In this document: positions 38,968-47,927 of the stretch, in pieces
How positions within the stretch are numbered: the stretch's first letter is position 1
Layout of the letters: every line of letters starts with the position of its first letter
NCBI GenBank assembly: GCA_043810515.1
Contig: JBDRNZ010000012.1
Location: 9,474 to 73,473 of the forward strand
Direction of reading: 5' to 3'
Origin: Candidatus Peregrinibacteria bacterium
GTDB lineage: Bacteria; Patescibacteriota; Gracilibacteria; UBA1369; LOWO2-01-FULL-3
DNA length: 64,000 nt
Notes under the pieces: model-generated
Seen by the model: only the letters and a program-made list of their open reading frames with translations
What the model was told of the DNA's origin: nothing
The model's database searches: none
Position numbers and translations under genes: made by a program

Positions 38968-40856
38968 GTCTCTGCGATTTGTTCCGGGGAGAGCCCCTCG
39001 AGGGCATAGAGTTCCTCCACTTTTCCGGAAAGCTGGTACTTTTTGACGCCGAGCGAGGTGAAGGCCTCCACGCAGATTTTTTCATTTACAAGATGCGCTG
39101 CGAGCTGTGAGCCAAGGCCGGAAACTGTGTTGTGATCCTCGACTGTTATGACTTTGAGGGTTTTTCTGACTGAATCCATGAGGGTTTTGTCGAATTTTTT
39201 GATGGATGTCGCGGCGATCAGTTCCACAGAAATTTCCGGATGGGATTTTTTCAGGATTTCCCATGCCTGTAGCGACTGGTGGACCATTGAGCCTATTGCT
39301 ACGAGCGTGATACTGTTTCCTTCGCGGATGACATCCGACTTTCCATATTCATATTCATAATTTTTATCGTAAAAAATGTCGCCGTTTTCTGCTTCGATTG
39401 CCGGAATTTTGTGGCGTCCCATGCGGACGTAGAAATTTCCATAATGCGAGGCAATATACCTTATTATGCGGTCTGTCTGGTTCGGATCGGCTGGCTCTAT
39501 TATCATTGTGTTGAAAAATCCGAGGAAACTGCCGGCGTCGTCTATTGCCTGATGTGTCGGGCCGTCTTCACCGACTGAAAGTCCGCAGTGGGTTGCGACA
39601 AGTTTTGTGTTGCAGGAATTTATGTCGTTTACGCGGGCCTGGTCTTTTGCGCGGCTTGAAAGGAACGCTCCGAATGTTGATGCGAATGGTGTAAATCCGC
39701 TCAGGCTCAATCCTCCGGCGGCTGAAACCATGTGCTGTTCCGCGATGCCGCATTCTATGTGCTGGTGCGGAAGTTCTGAGGATACAAATTGTGTCATGAC
39801 GGATCCTTTCAGGTCCGCTGTCATCGCGACTATTTCAGGATTTTGTTTTGCGAGGTCGAGAAGAGCTTTTCCGTATGCTGTTCTGCAGTCGGTGATTGTT
39901 TCTTTGTCGTAGACGAGTGGGGTGCCGGTGGAAATTTCCGTTTTTTCGAGAAGGGGAGTGAAGGCGGGCTTTTCCGGTTTCCATTTTATGTTTTTGCGGA
40001 ATTCGTCCAGAGTTTTTTCTTCGTCTGCCGATAATTTTAATGTTTCGAGCGCTTCTGCGGCCTCCTCTTCGTTTGGCGCTTTTCCGTGCCAGTGTGATGA
40101 AAGTTCTTTTCCGGTTTTTTCCATGAAATCAATTCCTTTGCCCATTATTGTGTGGCCGATTATCACCGATGGTCTGCCGGTTTCTTTCCATGCTTTCGAA
40201 ACCGCGTCCCAGATTTCCTCGTAATCGTGGCCGTCCGTTTCTATCACGTTCCAGTTTCCGGCCTCAAAAATTTTCTTTATGTCGATATCCATAATTTCCT
40301 TTAGACTTGCCGTTAACTGCACTTTATTGCTGTCCACGAAAAGTATCAGATTATCCAGATTGTGCTGTTTTGAAAAATTAATCATTTCGTACACCTGCCC
40401 TTCCTGCGCTTCTCCATCGCCCATAATCGCGAAAACTTTTTTGCCGGAATTTTTTAGTTTTTCACCGGCCGCCATTCCGGCTGCGACAGAAACGCCTATT
40501 CCCAAAGGACCGGTTCCGTATTCCACTCCCGGAACGTGTCTCGTGATGTGGCCTTCATATATCGATCCGGCTTGGCGGAAAGTTTTTATAACTTCGTCTT
40601 TCGGGATATAGCCGAGCTCCGCGAGGACGCTGTATACGGCGGGGGAGATGTGTCCGTTTGAAACTACGACTTTTTCGCCGGTCTGACTTACGATAAACGC
40701 GTAAATTGTCGCAAGGTAATCAAGCGACGAGAGCGATCCGCCCGGATGTCCGCTTTTTGCGTTCACAACCATTTCAAGAATTGATCTGCGGCAGGATTTT
40801 GTGAAGATTTTGAGAAAATCCAGGTGTTTCTTCTCGAGCTTTTCTCCTATTTTCAT
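38952..40856 (-). CDS. tkt: Transketolase
   Basis: SGHPGGSLS, GPLGIG, GDGEAQEG TPP motif, GIAEQHM, VGEDGPTHQ, VEDH. Confidence 0.93.
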   Translation of the reverse strand: MKIGEKLEKKHLDFLKIFTKSCRRSILEMVVNAKSGHPGGSLSSLDYLATIYAFIVSQTGEKVVVSNGHISPAVYSVLAELGYIPKDEVIKTFRQAGSIYEGHITRHVPGVEYGTGPLGIGVSVAAGMAAGEKLKNSGKKVFAIMGDGEAQEGQVYEMINFSKQHNLDNLILFVDSNKVQLTASLKEIMDIDIKKIFEAGNWNVIETDGHDYEEIWDAVSKAWKETGRPSVIIGHTIMGKGIDFMEKTGKELSSHWHGKAPNEEEAAEALETLKLSADEEKTLDEFRKNIKWKPEKPAFTPLLEKTEISTGTPLVYDKETITDCRTAYGKALLDLAKQNPEIVAMTADLKGSVMTQFVSSELPHQHIECGIAEQHMVSAAGGLSLSGFTPFASTFGAFLSSRAKDQARVNDINSCNTKLVATHCGLSVGEDGPTHQAIDDAGSFLGFFNTMIIEPADPNQTDRIIRYIASHYGNFYVRMGRHKIPAIEAENGDIFYDKNYEYEYGKSDVIREGNSITLVAIGSMVHQSLQAWEILKKSHPEISVELIAATSIKKFDKTLMDSVRKTLKVITVEDHNTVSGLGSQLAAHLVNEKICVEAFTSLGVKKYQLSGKVEELYALEGLSPEQIAETCLKL

Positions 40857-42034
40857 AGTGATTCTTTTATCAGTTTTTTTGCGAGTTCCACTCCCGGCTG
40901 GTCGAATGCGTTTACTCCGAATAATTCGCCGAGGAAAGCTATTTCTCCCATGAACATCATCAGCATTTCTCCGAGTGTTTCTTCTGAAATTGAGTCTACT
41001 TTAATTGTTATGTTTGGTCTATTATTTTTCGTCAGGGAAATTTCGGTCGCGGATTTTTCGATTTGCATGAGTCGTCCGAAAGTTATCGCTTTTTCGGGGA
41101 TTTCCGGGTCAGTTGCGAATTTTTCCCGTTCGATGAAAACGATGAGTTTGTCGTTCGGGCCGTCATTGTATAGCTGGAGTTGGGAATGTTGGTCGGTTGC
41201 GCCGAGCGCTGAGACAGGTGTGATTCCTGTGGAGAGGTTTTTGCCGATGCTTTCCGCGAGAAGCTGTCTGTACCAGTCGGACAGGCCGGTGAGGGCTTGC
41301 GCATAAGGCATTAGCACGTTTATGGTTTTGCCTTTTTTGAATAATGAATGCCGGATGGTCGCGAGGGTGAAAGGGAGATTTTCTTTTGTCTCGGGCGAAA
41401 GAAAGCGTGTTTTTATGCTTTTTGCGCCGGCGATGAGTTTTTCTATATCTATTCCGATCAGTTTTGCGGGCAGGAGAGCCGTGGGTGTGAATATCGAAAA
41501 TCTGCCGGAGATGTTTTGTGGAATGTCGAATGTCTCGATGCTGTCTTTTTTTGCTGTTTCCCTGAGAAAGCCTTTTTCAGGATTTGTGACGAATATGAAA
41601 TGCTCTTTTGGAGGCAGGGATTTTTTCTCGAGTTTTGCTCGGAAATATGTGTATTGCGAGATGGTTTCGGTTGTTTCTCCCGACTTTGATACAACCAGAA
41701 ACAGTGTTTTTGCGTAGTCGATTTTTTTGTCGAGTCTGCTGATGACGTCCGGGTCGATATTGTCGAGAATGGTCAGCTTTTCGTCGTCCGGTTTCAGAGC
41801 TTTTTGAAGGCAGCTCGTGCCAAGTGCCGAGCCTCCTATTCCGAGAAGCACGAAATGTTCAAATTTTGCGGCAGCTTTTGCCGCGAACTCATTGATTTTT
41901 TGAATCTGGGCCGTTTCGTCGATGGCCGGATAAAAATCCCGGGGAATTTTATCGATTTTTTTGTCTAATTCGGCTTCCGACAATCCGTGTTCCGGAGCGA
42001 TTTTCTGCAGGTTTGTTAGGTTCAGAGTGATCAT
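40853..42034 (-). CDS. pgi: Glucose-6-phosphate isomerase
   Basis: LGIGGSALG, SKSGETTET, GRFS, QLLAESIGK, DQHSQLQ, FDQPGVELAK. Confidence 0.94.
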   Translation of the reverse strand: MITLNLTNLQKIAPEHGLSEAELDKKIDKIPRDFYPAIDETAQIQKINEFAAKAAAKFEHFVLLGIGGSALGTSCLQKALKPDDEKLTILDNIDPDVISRLDKKIDYAKTLFLVVSKSGETTETISQYTYFRAKLEKKSLPPKEHFIFVTNPEKGFLRETAKKDSIETFDIPQNISGRFSIFTPTALLPAKLIGIDIEKLIAGAKSIKTRFLSPETKENLPFTLATIRHSLFKKGKTINVLMPYAQALTGLSDWYRQLLAESIGKNLSTGITPVSALGATDQHSQLQLYNDGPNDKLIVFIEREKFATDPEIPEKAITFGRLMQIEKSATEISLTKNNRPNITIKVDSISEETLGEMLMMFMGEIAFLGELFGVNAFDQPGVELAKKLIKESL

Positions 42035-42042
42035 TTGAATGA

Positions 42043-42071
42043 AATATAGAGGATTTGCGCATGGGTATCAA
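42043..42071 (-). promoter_or_regulatory. Putative promoter for pgi-tkt-LOG-epmA-efp-serS
   Basis: TTGATA-N17-TATATT, 8 nt before the pgi ATG. Confidence 0.55.
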
Positions 42072-42131
42072 GTAAGTAAAAGGAGCATCTAAATTTTTAG
42101 AAAAGTTTAATCTTCTAGGTTGTAATGGCTT

Positions 42132-44096
42132 TTATTTATCCTCCTTCTTCTTTTTCTTCTTATCCACGACTTCGGCTTCGACGACGTCGTCTTCTTTTTT
42201 GTCTTCGGGTTCCTCGGGTTTTTCGCCTTTTTTGTAGACTTTGACGTCATCGTCGTCCTCGGATTTGCCGGCTTCTCCGTTTACTCCCGCCGCTTTGTAG
42301 AGTTCGGTGCCGACTTTCTGGATTTCTGAGCTTAAAGCTTCGTAGCCCTTTGAGATTTCATCGACGTCTGCATCCTTTTTCTCGAGAATTTTTTTGAGTT
42401 CGTCGATCTTTTCCTGGATAGGTTTTTTCAGGTCCGCTGAGACTTTGTCGCCTGCGTCTTTCAATGTTTTTTCAGACTGGATAACGAGAGAGTCTGCTTT
42501 GTTTCTAAGCTCGATCATTTCTTTCTTTTTCTTGTCGTCTTCGGCGAATTTCTCAGCGTCTTTTTTCATCTTTTCGATTTCGTCATCGGAAATGTTTGAA
42601 CTGCCGCTGATTGTGATGTGCTGCTCTTTGTTTGTGGCTTTGTCCGTGGCTTTTACATTCAAAATTCCGTTTGAATCAATATCAAAAGTCACCTCGATCT
42701 GCGGAACTCCGCGCGGGGCGGGTGGGATTCCGTCGAGATTGAATTTTCCAAGAGATTTATTGTCGGTTGCCATCGGGCGTTCGCCCTGCAAAACGTGTAC
42801 TTCGACTGCAGGCTGGTTGTCGGCTGCTGTTGAAAAAATCTGGGATTTTGAAGTCGGGATCGCGGTGTTTCTTTCGATAAGTACCGTGTTCACGCCGCCC
42901 AGCGTTTCAATTCCCAAAGAAAGAGGAGTGACATCGACAAGCAAGATATCTTTCACATCGCTCTCACCGGACAAAATTCCGCCCTGTATAGCCGCGCCGA
43001 GTGCAACGACTTCGTCAGGATTCAGGCCTTTGTGCGGCTCTTTTCCAAATATTTCCTTAACTTTTTCGACTACCGCCGGCATTCTCGTCATTCCGCCGAC
43101 AAGTATAATTTCATCGAGATCGCTTTCAAAAACCTGTGAGTCTTTCATCGCGTTTCTGCATGGCTCGACTGTTTTTTCGATCAGATCCATTACGAGATCC
43201 TCAAGTTTTGCTCTTGAAAGTTTTGTTTCGAAATTTTTCGGTCCGTCTTTTCCAACGGTGAGGTAGGGGAGTGATATTGTGGTTTCGTGCAGGGATGAGA
43301 GCTCGATTTTGGCTTTTTCGGCCGCTTCCTTGATTCTCTGCAGAGCGAGTTTGTCTTCCGAGACGTTTATTCCCTGTTCGCGTAAAAATTCGTCAATAAT
43401 CCACTGCATGATTCTTCTGTCAAAATCGTCGCCGCCGAGCTGTGTGTTGCCGTTTGTGGCTTTTACCTGGAAGACTCCTTCGCCGAGTTCGAGAATTGAG
43501 ATGTCAAAAGTCCCTCCGCCCAGATCGAAGACTGCGACTTTTTTTTCGCTGCCCTGCTTGTCCACGCCGTATGCCAATGCGGCTGCGGTCGGTTCGTTGA
43601 TGATTCTTTTTACTTCAAGTCCGGCAATTTTTCCGGCATCTTTTGTGGCTTGTCTTTGCGAATCGTTGAAGTAGGCAGGGACGGTGATGACTGCTTCTTT
43701 TACTTCGTATCCGAGATAGCTTTCGGCGTCAGCTTTGAGTTTCTGGAGAATCATTGCGGATATTTCTGCGGGGCGTTTTTGTTTGCCGTCCAGGACTATT
43801 TCCACTTCGCCTTCTTTGCCTTTCACGCATTTAAATCCGACTTTGTCGATATCTTCTTTTGATTCTGAATATTGTCGTCCGATGAATCTTTTTGCCGAAT
43901 ATATGGTGTTGTCGGGGTTTGTGGTCGCCTGATTTTTCGCGGACACACCGACGCGTCTTTCCCCGTCTTTTACCGCTACGACTGACGGAGTTGTTCTCGC
44001 ACCCTCGGCATTTGGAATCACGGTTGACTCACCGCCTTCCATAACCGCCACGCAGCAATTTGTTGTTCCCAAATCTATACCTATTATTTTTGACAT
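42132..44096 (-). CDS. dnaK: Chaperone DnaK
   Basis: [49 protein letters not shown]. Confidence 0.99.
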   Translation of the reverse strand: MSKIIGIDLGTTNCCVAVMEGGESTVIPNAEGARTTPSVVAVKDGERRVGVSAKNQATTNPDNTIYSAKRFIGRQYSESKEDIDKVGFKCVKGKEGEVEIVLDGKQKRPAEISAMILQKLKADAESYLGYEVKEAVITVPAYFNDSQRQATKDAGKIAGLEVKRIINEPTAAALAYGVDKQGSEKKVAVFDLGGGTFDISILELGEGVFQVKATNGNTQLGGDDFDRRIMQWIIDEFLREQGINVSEDKLALQRIKEAAEKAKIELSSLHETTISLPYLTVGKDGPKNFETKLSRAKLEDLVMDLIEKTVEPCRNAMKDSQVFESDLDEIILVGGMTRMPAVVEKVKEIFGKEPHKGLNPDEVVALGAAIQGGILSGESDVKDILLVDVTPLSLGIETLGGVNTVLIERNTAIPTSKSQIFSTAADNQPAVEVHVLQGERPMATDNKSLGKFNLDGIPPAPRGVPQIEVTFDIDSNGILNVKATDKATNKEQHITISGSSNISDDEIEKMKKDAEKFAEDDKKKKEMIELRNKADSLVIQSEKTLKDAGDKVSADLKKPIQEKIDELKKILEKKDADVDEISKGYEALSSEIQKVGTELYKAAGVNGEAGKSEDDDDVKVYKKGEKPEEPEDKKEDDVVEAEVVDKKKKKKEDK

Positions 44097-44128
44097 AATT
44101 GTTTGAATTTAAGATTAGATAAAATAAG

Positions 44129-44155
44129 TTAGCACTCCCTATTATAGAGTGCTAA
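44129..44155. promoter_or_regulatory. CIRCE element (HrcA operator) upstream of dnaK
   Basis: Perfect TTAGCACTC-N9-GAGTGCTAA; overlaps the minus-strand promoter TTGACC-N16-TATAAT (44141-44168). Confidence 0.95.
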
Positions 44156-44209
44156 ACGAAATGGTCAAGGGGAAATAGTGGTTATGAGGACTTGTTATTA
44201 TAGGTTATT

Positions 44210-44623
44210 CTAACAAAGATTTTTGTATTCCGAGAAGTTGCTTTTTATATGTTCGAGTATCCATTGATTTTCTGATTGGCCCTTTCTACAGTGATCTTTG
44301 GTATAAACTAATAAAATCGTGACTTGGTTTCTTGTGTTGCATAAATGGAATATTGCTCGATTACCTGAGGTTTTTGGCGAAAAGTTTGTTCCCGCCACCC
44401 TAAAATCAAGTTTGAATATGCCAGCATCTTCTTCTTGTGAAAATTTGAGATTATCAATCAAGTTTGTTTTTGAAAAAGCAAAGCACCTTTCTAAAGTTAC
44501 TTGAATTGTTCTCTTTGTTTCAGACCATTTTTTTGTTTTGTACTTTTTTGCGAAGTCTTTGCAGAAATGTTTTTCGGCGTATTCAGAAAATTCGACAAAA
44601 AATTTAGTATCTTTAATAAACAT
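44210..44623 (-). CDS. Putative RelE/HigB-like toxin
   Basis: 137 aa; overlaps the antitoxin stop. IFKLDFRVAG...KTSGNRAIF...TILLVYTK resembles the RelE/HigB beta-sheet pattern. Confidence 0.6.
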   Translation of the reverse strand: MFIKDTKFFVEFSEYAEKHFCKDFAKKYKTKKWSETKRTIQVTLERCFAFSKTNLIDNLKFSQEEDAGIFKLDFRVAGTNFSPKTSGNRAIFHLCNTRNQVTILLVYTKDHCRKGQSENQWILEHIKSNFSEYKNLC

Positions 44624-45308
44624 TTTGTGGATCTTCCATGTTAATTAATTCGTAAGGTATAATTTCACCTTCTTTGCAGGTCGCCCAAGGTAATTGCTCA
44701 TGCGTGAAGTCTACAATCTCCTTTGTTCGAGCTGTTTTCCATTTTGCGCAAACTGTTTTTACAGTTTCTTCTTCATCTTTGTTAAGGGCAGAGTCGTTTG
44801 GGTCCTCGATTAATGACACCAATATTGAACGTCCTTTAGTTTCTATACATACAGACTCATCGCTATCTATTAAGTCGAAGAATTCAATGGCAACAGGTCC
44901 TTGCGCTAGACGACGATATTCGAAGCCAGAAATGGGTGATAAGTATTTGTAATAGTTTGCAAAGTCACAAAGGTAAACAAGTTTTGCTAGTTTTGTTTTT
45001 GTTATTTTCCCATCTTCATCTGCCCCATATTTTATGCATTTTAAAACAAGATCGTGGAATTTTCTGAAAGATTTTTGACGGGCGTTGCTCTCGTCAATTT
45101 TTTCGTCCATTTTCAAATCCTCATCAATCATTATGTTTACTGGTATGTCAAAAATTTTGGCGAGTTGTTTTAGTTCTGGTAGAGTTATGTCTCTAGTGCC
45201 ATTTTCTATCGCAGCCAAGGTAGGTCGTGACATGTCCATTTTTTTTGCAAGGTCGTCTTGAGAAAAGCCATTCATCTTCCTGATTTTTATGATGAAATTC
45301 TTTATCAT
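44613..45308 (-). CDS. XRE HTH + Panacea (DUF4065/SocA-like) antitoxin
   Basis: SQDDLAKKMDMSRPTLAAIENG HTH; TKTKLAKLVYLCD, QGPV, FTHEQLPW DUF4065 motifs; ATG 45308. Confidence 0.85.
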   Translation of the reverse strand: MIKNFIIKIRKMNGFSQDDLAKKMDMSRPTLAAIENGTRDITLPELKQLAKIFDIPVNIMIDEDLKMDEKIDESNARQKSFRKFHDLVLKCIKYGADEDGKITKTKLAKLVYLCDFANYYKYLSPISGFEYRRLAQGPVAIEFFDLIDSDESVCIETKGRSILVSLIEDPNDSALNKDEEETVKTVCAKWKTARTKEIVDFTHEQLPWATCKEGEIIPYELINMEDPQNVY

Positions 45309-45312
45309 TGTG

Positions 45313-45362
45313 ATGGGGTTAGAATGTGTGCACATTCTAACCCCATGAAAAGCGAATGTCAA
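45313..45362 (-). promoter_or_regulatory. TA promoter overlapped by a perfect 16-bp inverted repeat
   Basis: TTGACA-N17-TAGAAT; ATGGGGTTAGAATGTG-tg-CACATTCTAACCCCAT at 45313-45346. Confidence 0.8.
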
Positions 45363-45493
45363 TATTTGTTACACGGCAAGGGTGCGAATACTTTACATTT
45401 TTTGCTAATTTGAGTTCTTTTGTAAGAAATACTTGACTTTTTAGCCTGGTTTTGGTGTTAGTAAGATACTTAAATATTCTAACCACCGTTTAT

Positions 45494-45553
45494 ATGGCTA
45501 AGAAAGTTACAGGAAGAAAGGCCGCTTCAGCTGCTTCGAAACGTTTCCGCTAA
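45494..45553 (+). pseudogene. Short basic ORF MAKKVTGRKAASAASKRFR, possibly a truncated small-protein gene
   Basis: ATG ORF divergent from the TA pair, downstream of a TTGACT box; Lys/Ala/Ser-rich, stops after 19 aa. Confidence 0.35.
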
Positions 45554-45575
45554 CTACTTTCTTTGCACACTACTT

Positions 45576-46055
45576 CTACCCCTTCTCCCCATTTCCCACT
45601 TTCACTTTTGCGGTTTTTAGGACGCGGGTGCCGAGCATGTAGCCTTTTTCAAGTTCTTCGATTACCAGGTCTTTGGGGCCGGGGCCTTGGGAGAGGGCTT
45701 CGTGGAGGTTGGGGTTGAAAGGTTGGCCGGAGGCTTCGATTTCTTTGAGGCCGAAGTCGTGGAAGACTTTTTTGAGTTGGTTGATGGACATTTCGATGCC
45801 TTTGTACCATTCGGAGGCGTCGGGAGGCATGTGGCGTTTGGCGCGTTCAAGGTTTTCGAGGGCGGGGAGGAGAGAGCTTATCAGATCCATGTTTGCCATT
45901 TCGGTGATCTGGCTGCGTTCTTCGGCGTGGCGACGCTTAAGGTTTTCCAAATCGGCCATTGTGCGTTTGGCGAGTTCGGTGATTTTTTCAAGCTCCTGCT
46001 TTGTTTTTTCTAATTCATCGGGATTTGTGTCCTTATTGTGTTTTTTGTGGGTCAT
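45576..46055 (-). CDS. grpE: Nucleotide exchange factor GrpE
   Basis: RTMADLENLKRR, LLPALENLERA, FNPNLHEA, KGYMLGTRVLKTAKVKV. Confidence 0.95.
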   Translation of the reverse strand: MTHKKHNKDTNPDELEKTKQELEKITELAKRTMADLENLKRRHAEERSQITEMANMDLISSLLPALENLERAKRHMPPDASEWYKGIEMSINQLKKVFHDFGLKEIEASGQPFNPNLHEALSQGPGPKDLVIEELEKGYMLGTRVLKTAKVKVGNGEKG

Positions 46056-46768
46056 TCTTCTAAAAGTTTTTTAATTTCTTCAAGCATTACAATGTTAAAA
46101 GCATACCTCATTCGCTTCGGGCCCAAAAGTCCAATGTATCCCTTGAAGCCGTCTTTTTCATATTTCGTGACAATGATGCTGCAGCTCTGGATCTGGGGCA
46201 GGATGTTTTCCTCGCCTATAAATGCGCGCACCTTATTTGTAATATCCAACGACGCGAGGGTCTGGAGGAAGTTGTCGCTTTTTTCCAGGACCTCGATAAC
46301 TTCACAGGCGCTTACGGAATCGTTTATAAATTCGGGCTGTTTCAAAACATTCGACGTTCCCAAAAAGAAGGTTCTCGGATTGTCAGGAGTTGTCGCGAAA
46401 CTTACAAGGTTTGTGGATCTTGCCATCATGGAAACCGCGTCATAAAGGACCTCTCTCACTTTCTGAACGGTGTGCTTTTCGCGGATAAGTGTGAGGGTTT
46501 TTATAGCCTCTTTTCGGGCGGAATCGTAGTCCTGGATTTCATCAACAAAACGTCTGTATCCTTTATCTGTGGGAATGCGTCCGGCTGACGTGTGCGGCTG
46601 GAAAAGATAGCCCTCCTGCTCGAGTGCCATCATGTCGTTTCTGATCGTGGCCGGAGATACGTGAAACTGGTAGCTGATCAGAATTGTGTTTGAACCCACC
46701 GGCTCAGCCGTTTCGATAAAATGCTTGATTATCGCCTGCAGGACTTTTTGTTTACGGTCTTCGGACAT
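46052..46768 (-). CDS. hrcA: Heat-inducible transcription repressor HrcA (short form)
   Basis: TAEPVGS, SPATIRNDM, QPHTSAGRIPTDKGYR, LGPKRMRY. Confidence 0.95.
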   Translation of the reverse strand: MSEDRKQKVLQAIIKHFIETAEPVGSNTILISYQFHVSPATIRNDMMALEQEGYLFQPHTSAGRIPTDKGYRRFVDEIQDYDSARKEAIKTLTLIREKHTVQKVREVLYDAVSMMARSTNLVSFATTPDNPRTFFLGTSNVLKQPEFINDSVSACEVIEVLEKSDNFLQTLASLDITNKVRAFIGEENILPQIQSCSIIVTKYEKDGFKGYIGLLGPKRMRYAFNIVMLEEIKKLLEE

Positions 46769-46779
46769 GTGGTATTATA

Positions 46780-46820
46780 TTAGCACTTGGTATTATATAG
46801 TGCTAATTTGCGAATTTCAA
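46780..46820 (-). promoter_or_regulatory. CIRCE variant plus sigma70 promoter of hrcA
   Basis: TTAGCACTt-N9-tAGTGCTAA (46780-46806); minus strand TTGAAA-N17-TATAAT. Confidence 0.9.
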
Positions 46821-47824
46821 GCCCTGTCTCCCATCATTTTCATAAGATCGACCAGTCTGCACGAATAGCCCCACTCGTTGTCGTACCAGGCGAGGATTTT
46901 TACGAGGTTTCCGTCTATCACTTCAGTCGAGAGGGCGTCCAGGGAGGAGGAGAGCTCCATTTTTTTGTAATCAATGGAGACGAGGGGTTTTTCGCTATAG
47001 CCGAGAATTCCTTTCAGGGAAGTTTCGGCGGCTTCTTTCATGCGGGCGTTTATTTCTTCGGCGGTTGTAGATTTTTTGACGACGCAGGTCAAGTCAACCA
47101 GAGAAACTGTCGGTGTCGGGACTCTGACTGCGAGGCCGTTTAATTTTCCGTTGAGTTCGGGGATGACCAGTCCGATTGCTTTCGCGGCGCCGGTGCTTGT
47201 TGGGATCATTGAGAGGGCGGCGGCTCTGGCTCTGCGCAGGTCTTTGTCGTTTACGTCGAGGACGTTTTGCGAACTTGTGTATGAATGGAGAGTTGTCATG
47301 AGGCCTTTTTCAATTCCGAAATTGTCGTTCAGGACTTTTGCTACCGGCGCGAGGCCGTTTGTGGTGCAGGAGGCGTTTGAGATTATGATGTGCTTTGCGG
47401 GGTCGTATTTGTCATCGTTTACGCCCAAAACGACGGTGAAGTCTATTTCGTCTTTTGCGGGCGCGGAAATTACAACCTTTTTCGCCCCTGCTTTCAGGTG
47501 TTTTTCTGCGCCTTCTCTTTTTGTGAAGACGCCGGTGCATTCGATTACAAAATCAACACCAAGATCTTTCCAGGGAAGCTTTTCAGGATCCATTTCCGTA
47601 AAGACTTTGTACTTTTTGCCGTCAACAACGATATCCTCGCCGTCCGGCACGACTTCTTCCGGCAGAGTTCCGTAATTTGAATCGTATTTCAGAAGATGCG
47701 CCATCGTTTCCGCGCTTCCGAGGTCGTTTATTCCGACCAGATCAAAGTAGTTTTTTTCGAGATTTATACGGAAAACCTGTCGACCGATTCTTCCGAAGCC
47801 GTTTATTGCCACTTTTGGTTTCAT
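46817..47824 (-). CDS. gap: Glyceraldehyde-3-phosphate dehydrogenase type I (NAD-type signature)
   Basis: [34 protein letters not shown]. Confidence 0.96.
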   Translation of the reverse strand: MKPKVAINGFGRIGRQVFRINLEKNYFDLVGINDLGSAETMAHLLKYDSNYGTLPEEVVPDGEDIVVDGKKYKVFTEMDPEKLPWKDLGVDFVIECTGVFTKREGAEKHLKAGAKKVVISAPAKDEIDFTVVLGVNDDKYDPAKHIIISNASCTTNGLAPVAKVLNDNFGIEKGLMTTLHSYTSSQNVLDVNDKDLRRARAAALSMIPTSTGAAKAIGLVIPELNGKLNGLAVRVPTPTVSLVDLTCVVKKSTTAEEINARMKEAAETSLKGILGYSEKPLVSIDYKKMELSSSLDALSTEVIDGNLVKILAWYDNEWGYSCRLVDLMKMMGDRA

Positions 47825-47854
47825 GTTGTAATGGTTAATGAAGTTTTCGGGGCT

Positions 47855-47921
47855 AGTATATAGATTGGGGTCGGTGGTTTCAAGGATATGGATTGACCGT
47901 TTTTGCGAAAAAAGCTAGGTT
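47855..47921. promoter_or_regulatory. Back-to-back divergent promoters (gap / tsaC)
   Basis: Minus TTGAAA-N17-TATACT (47855-47883); plus TTGACC-N17-TAGGTT (47893-47921). Confidence 0.55.
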
Positions 47922-47927
47922 TTTGTT

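Noticed and set aside
42394-43674. Long plus-strand ORFs (290 and 131 aa) opposite dnaK
   Set aside because: Codon-mirror antisense frames, a familiar artefact opposite Hsp70 genes; no independent motifs.
45662-46074. Alternative-frame ORFs overlapping grpE
   Set aside because: Explained by the local C-ending codon bias that removes stop codons.
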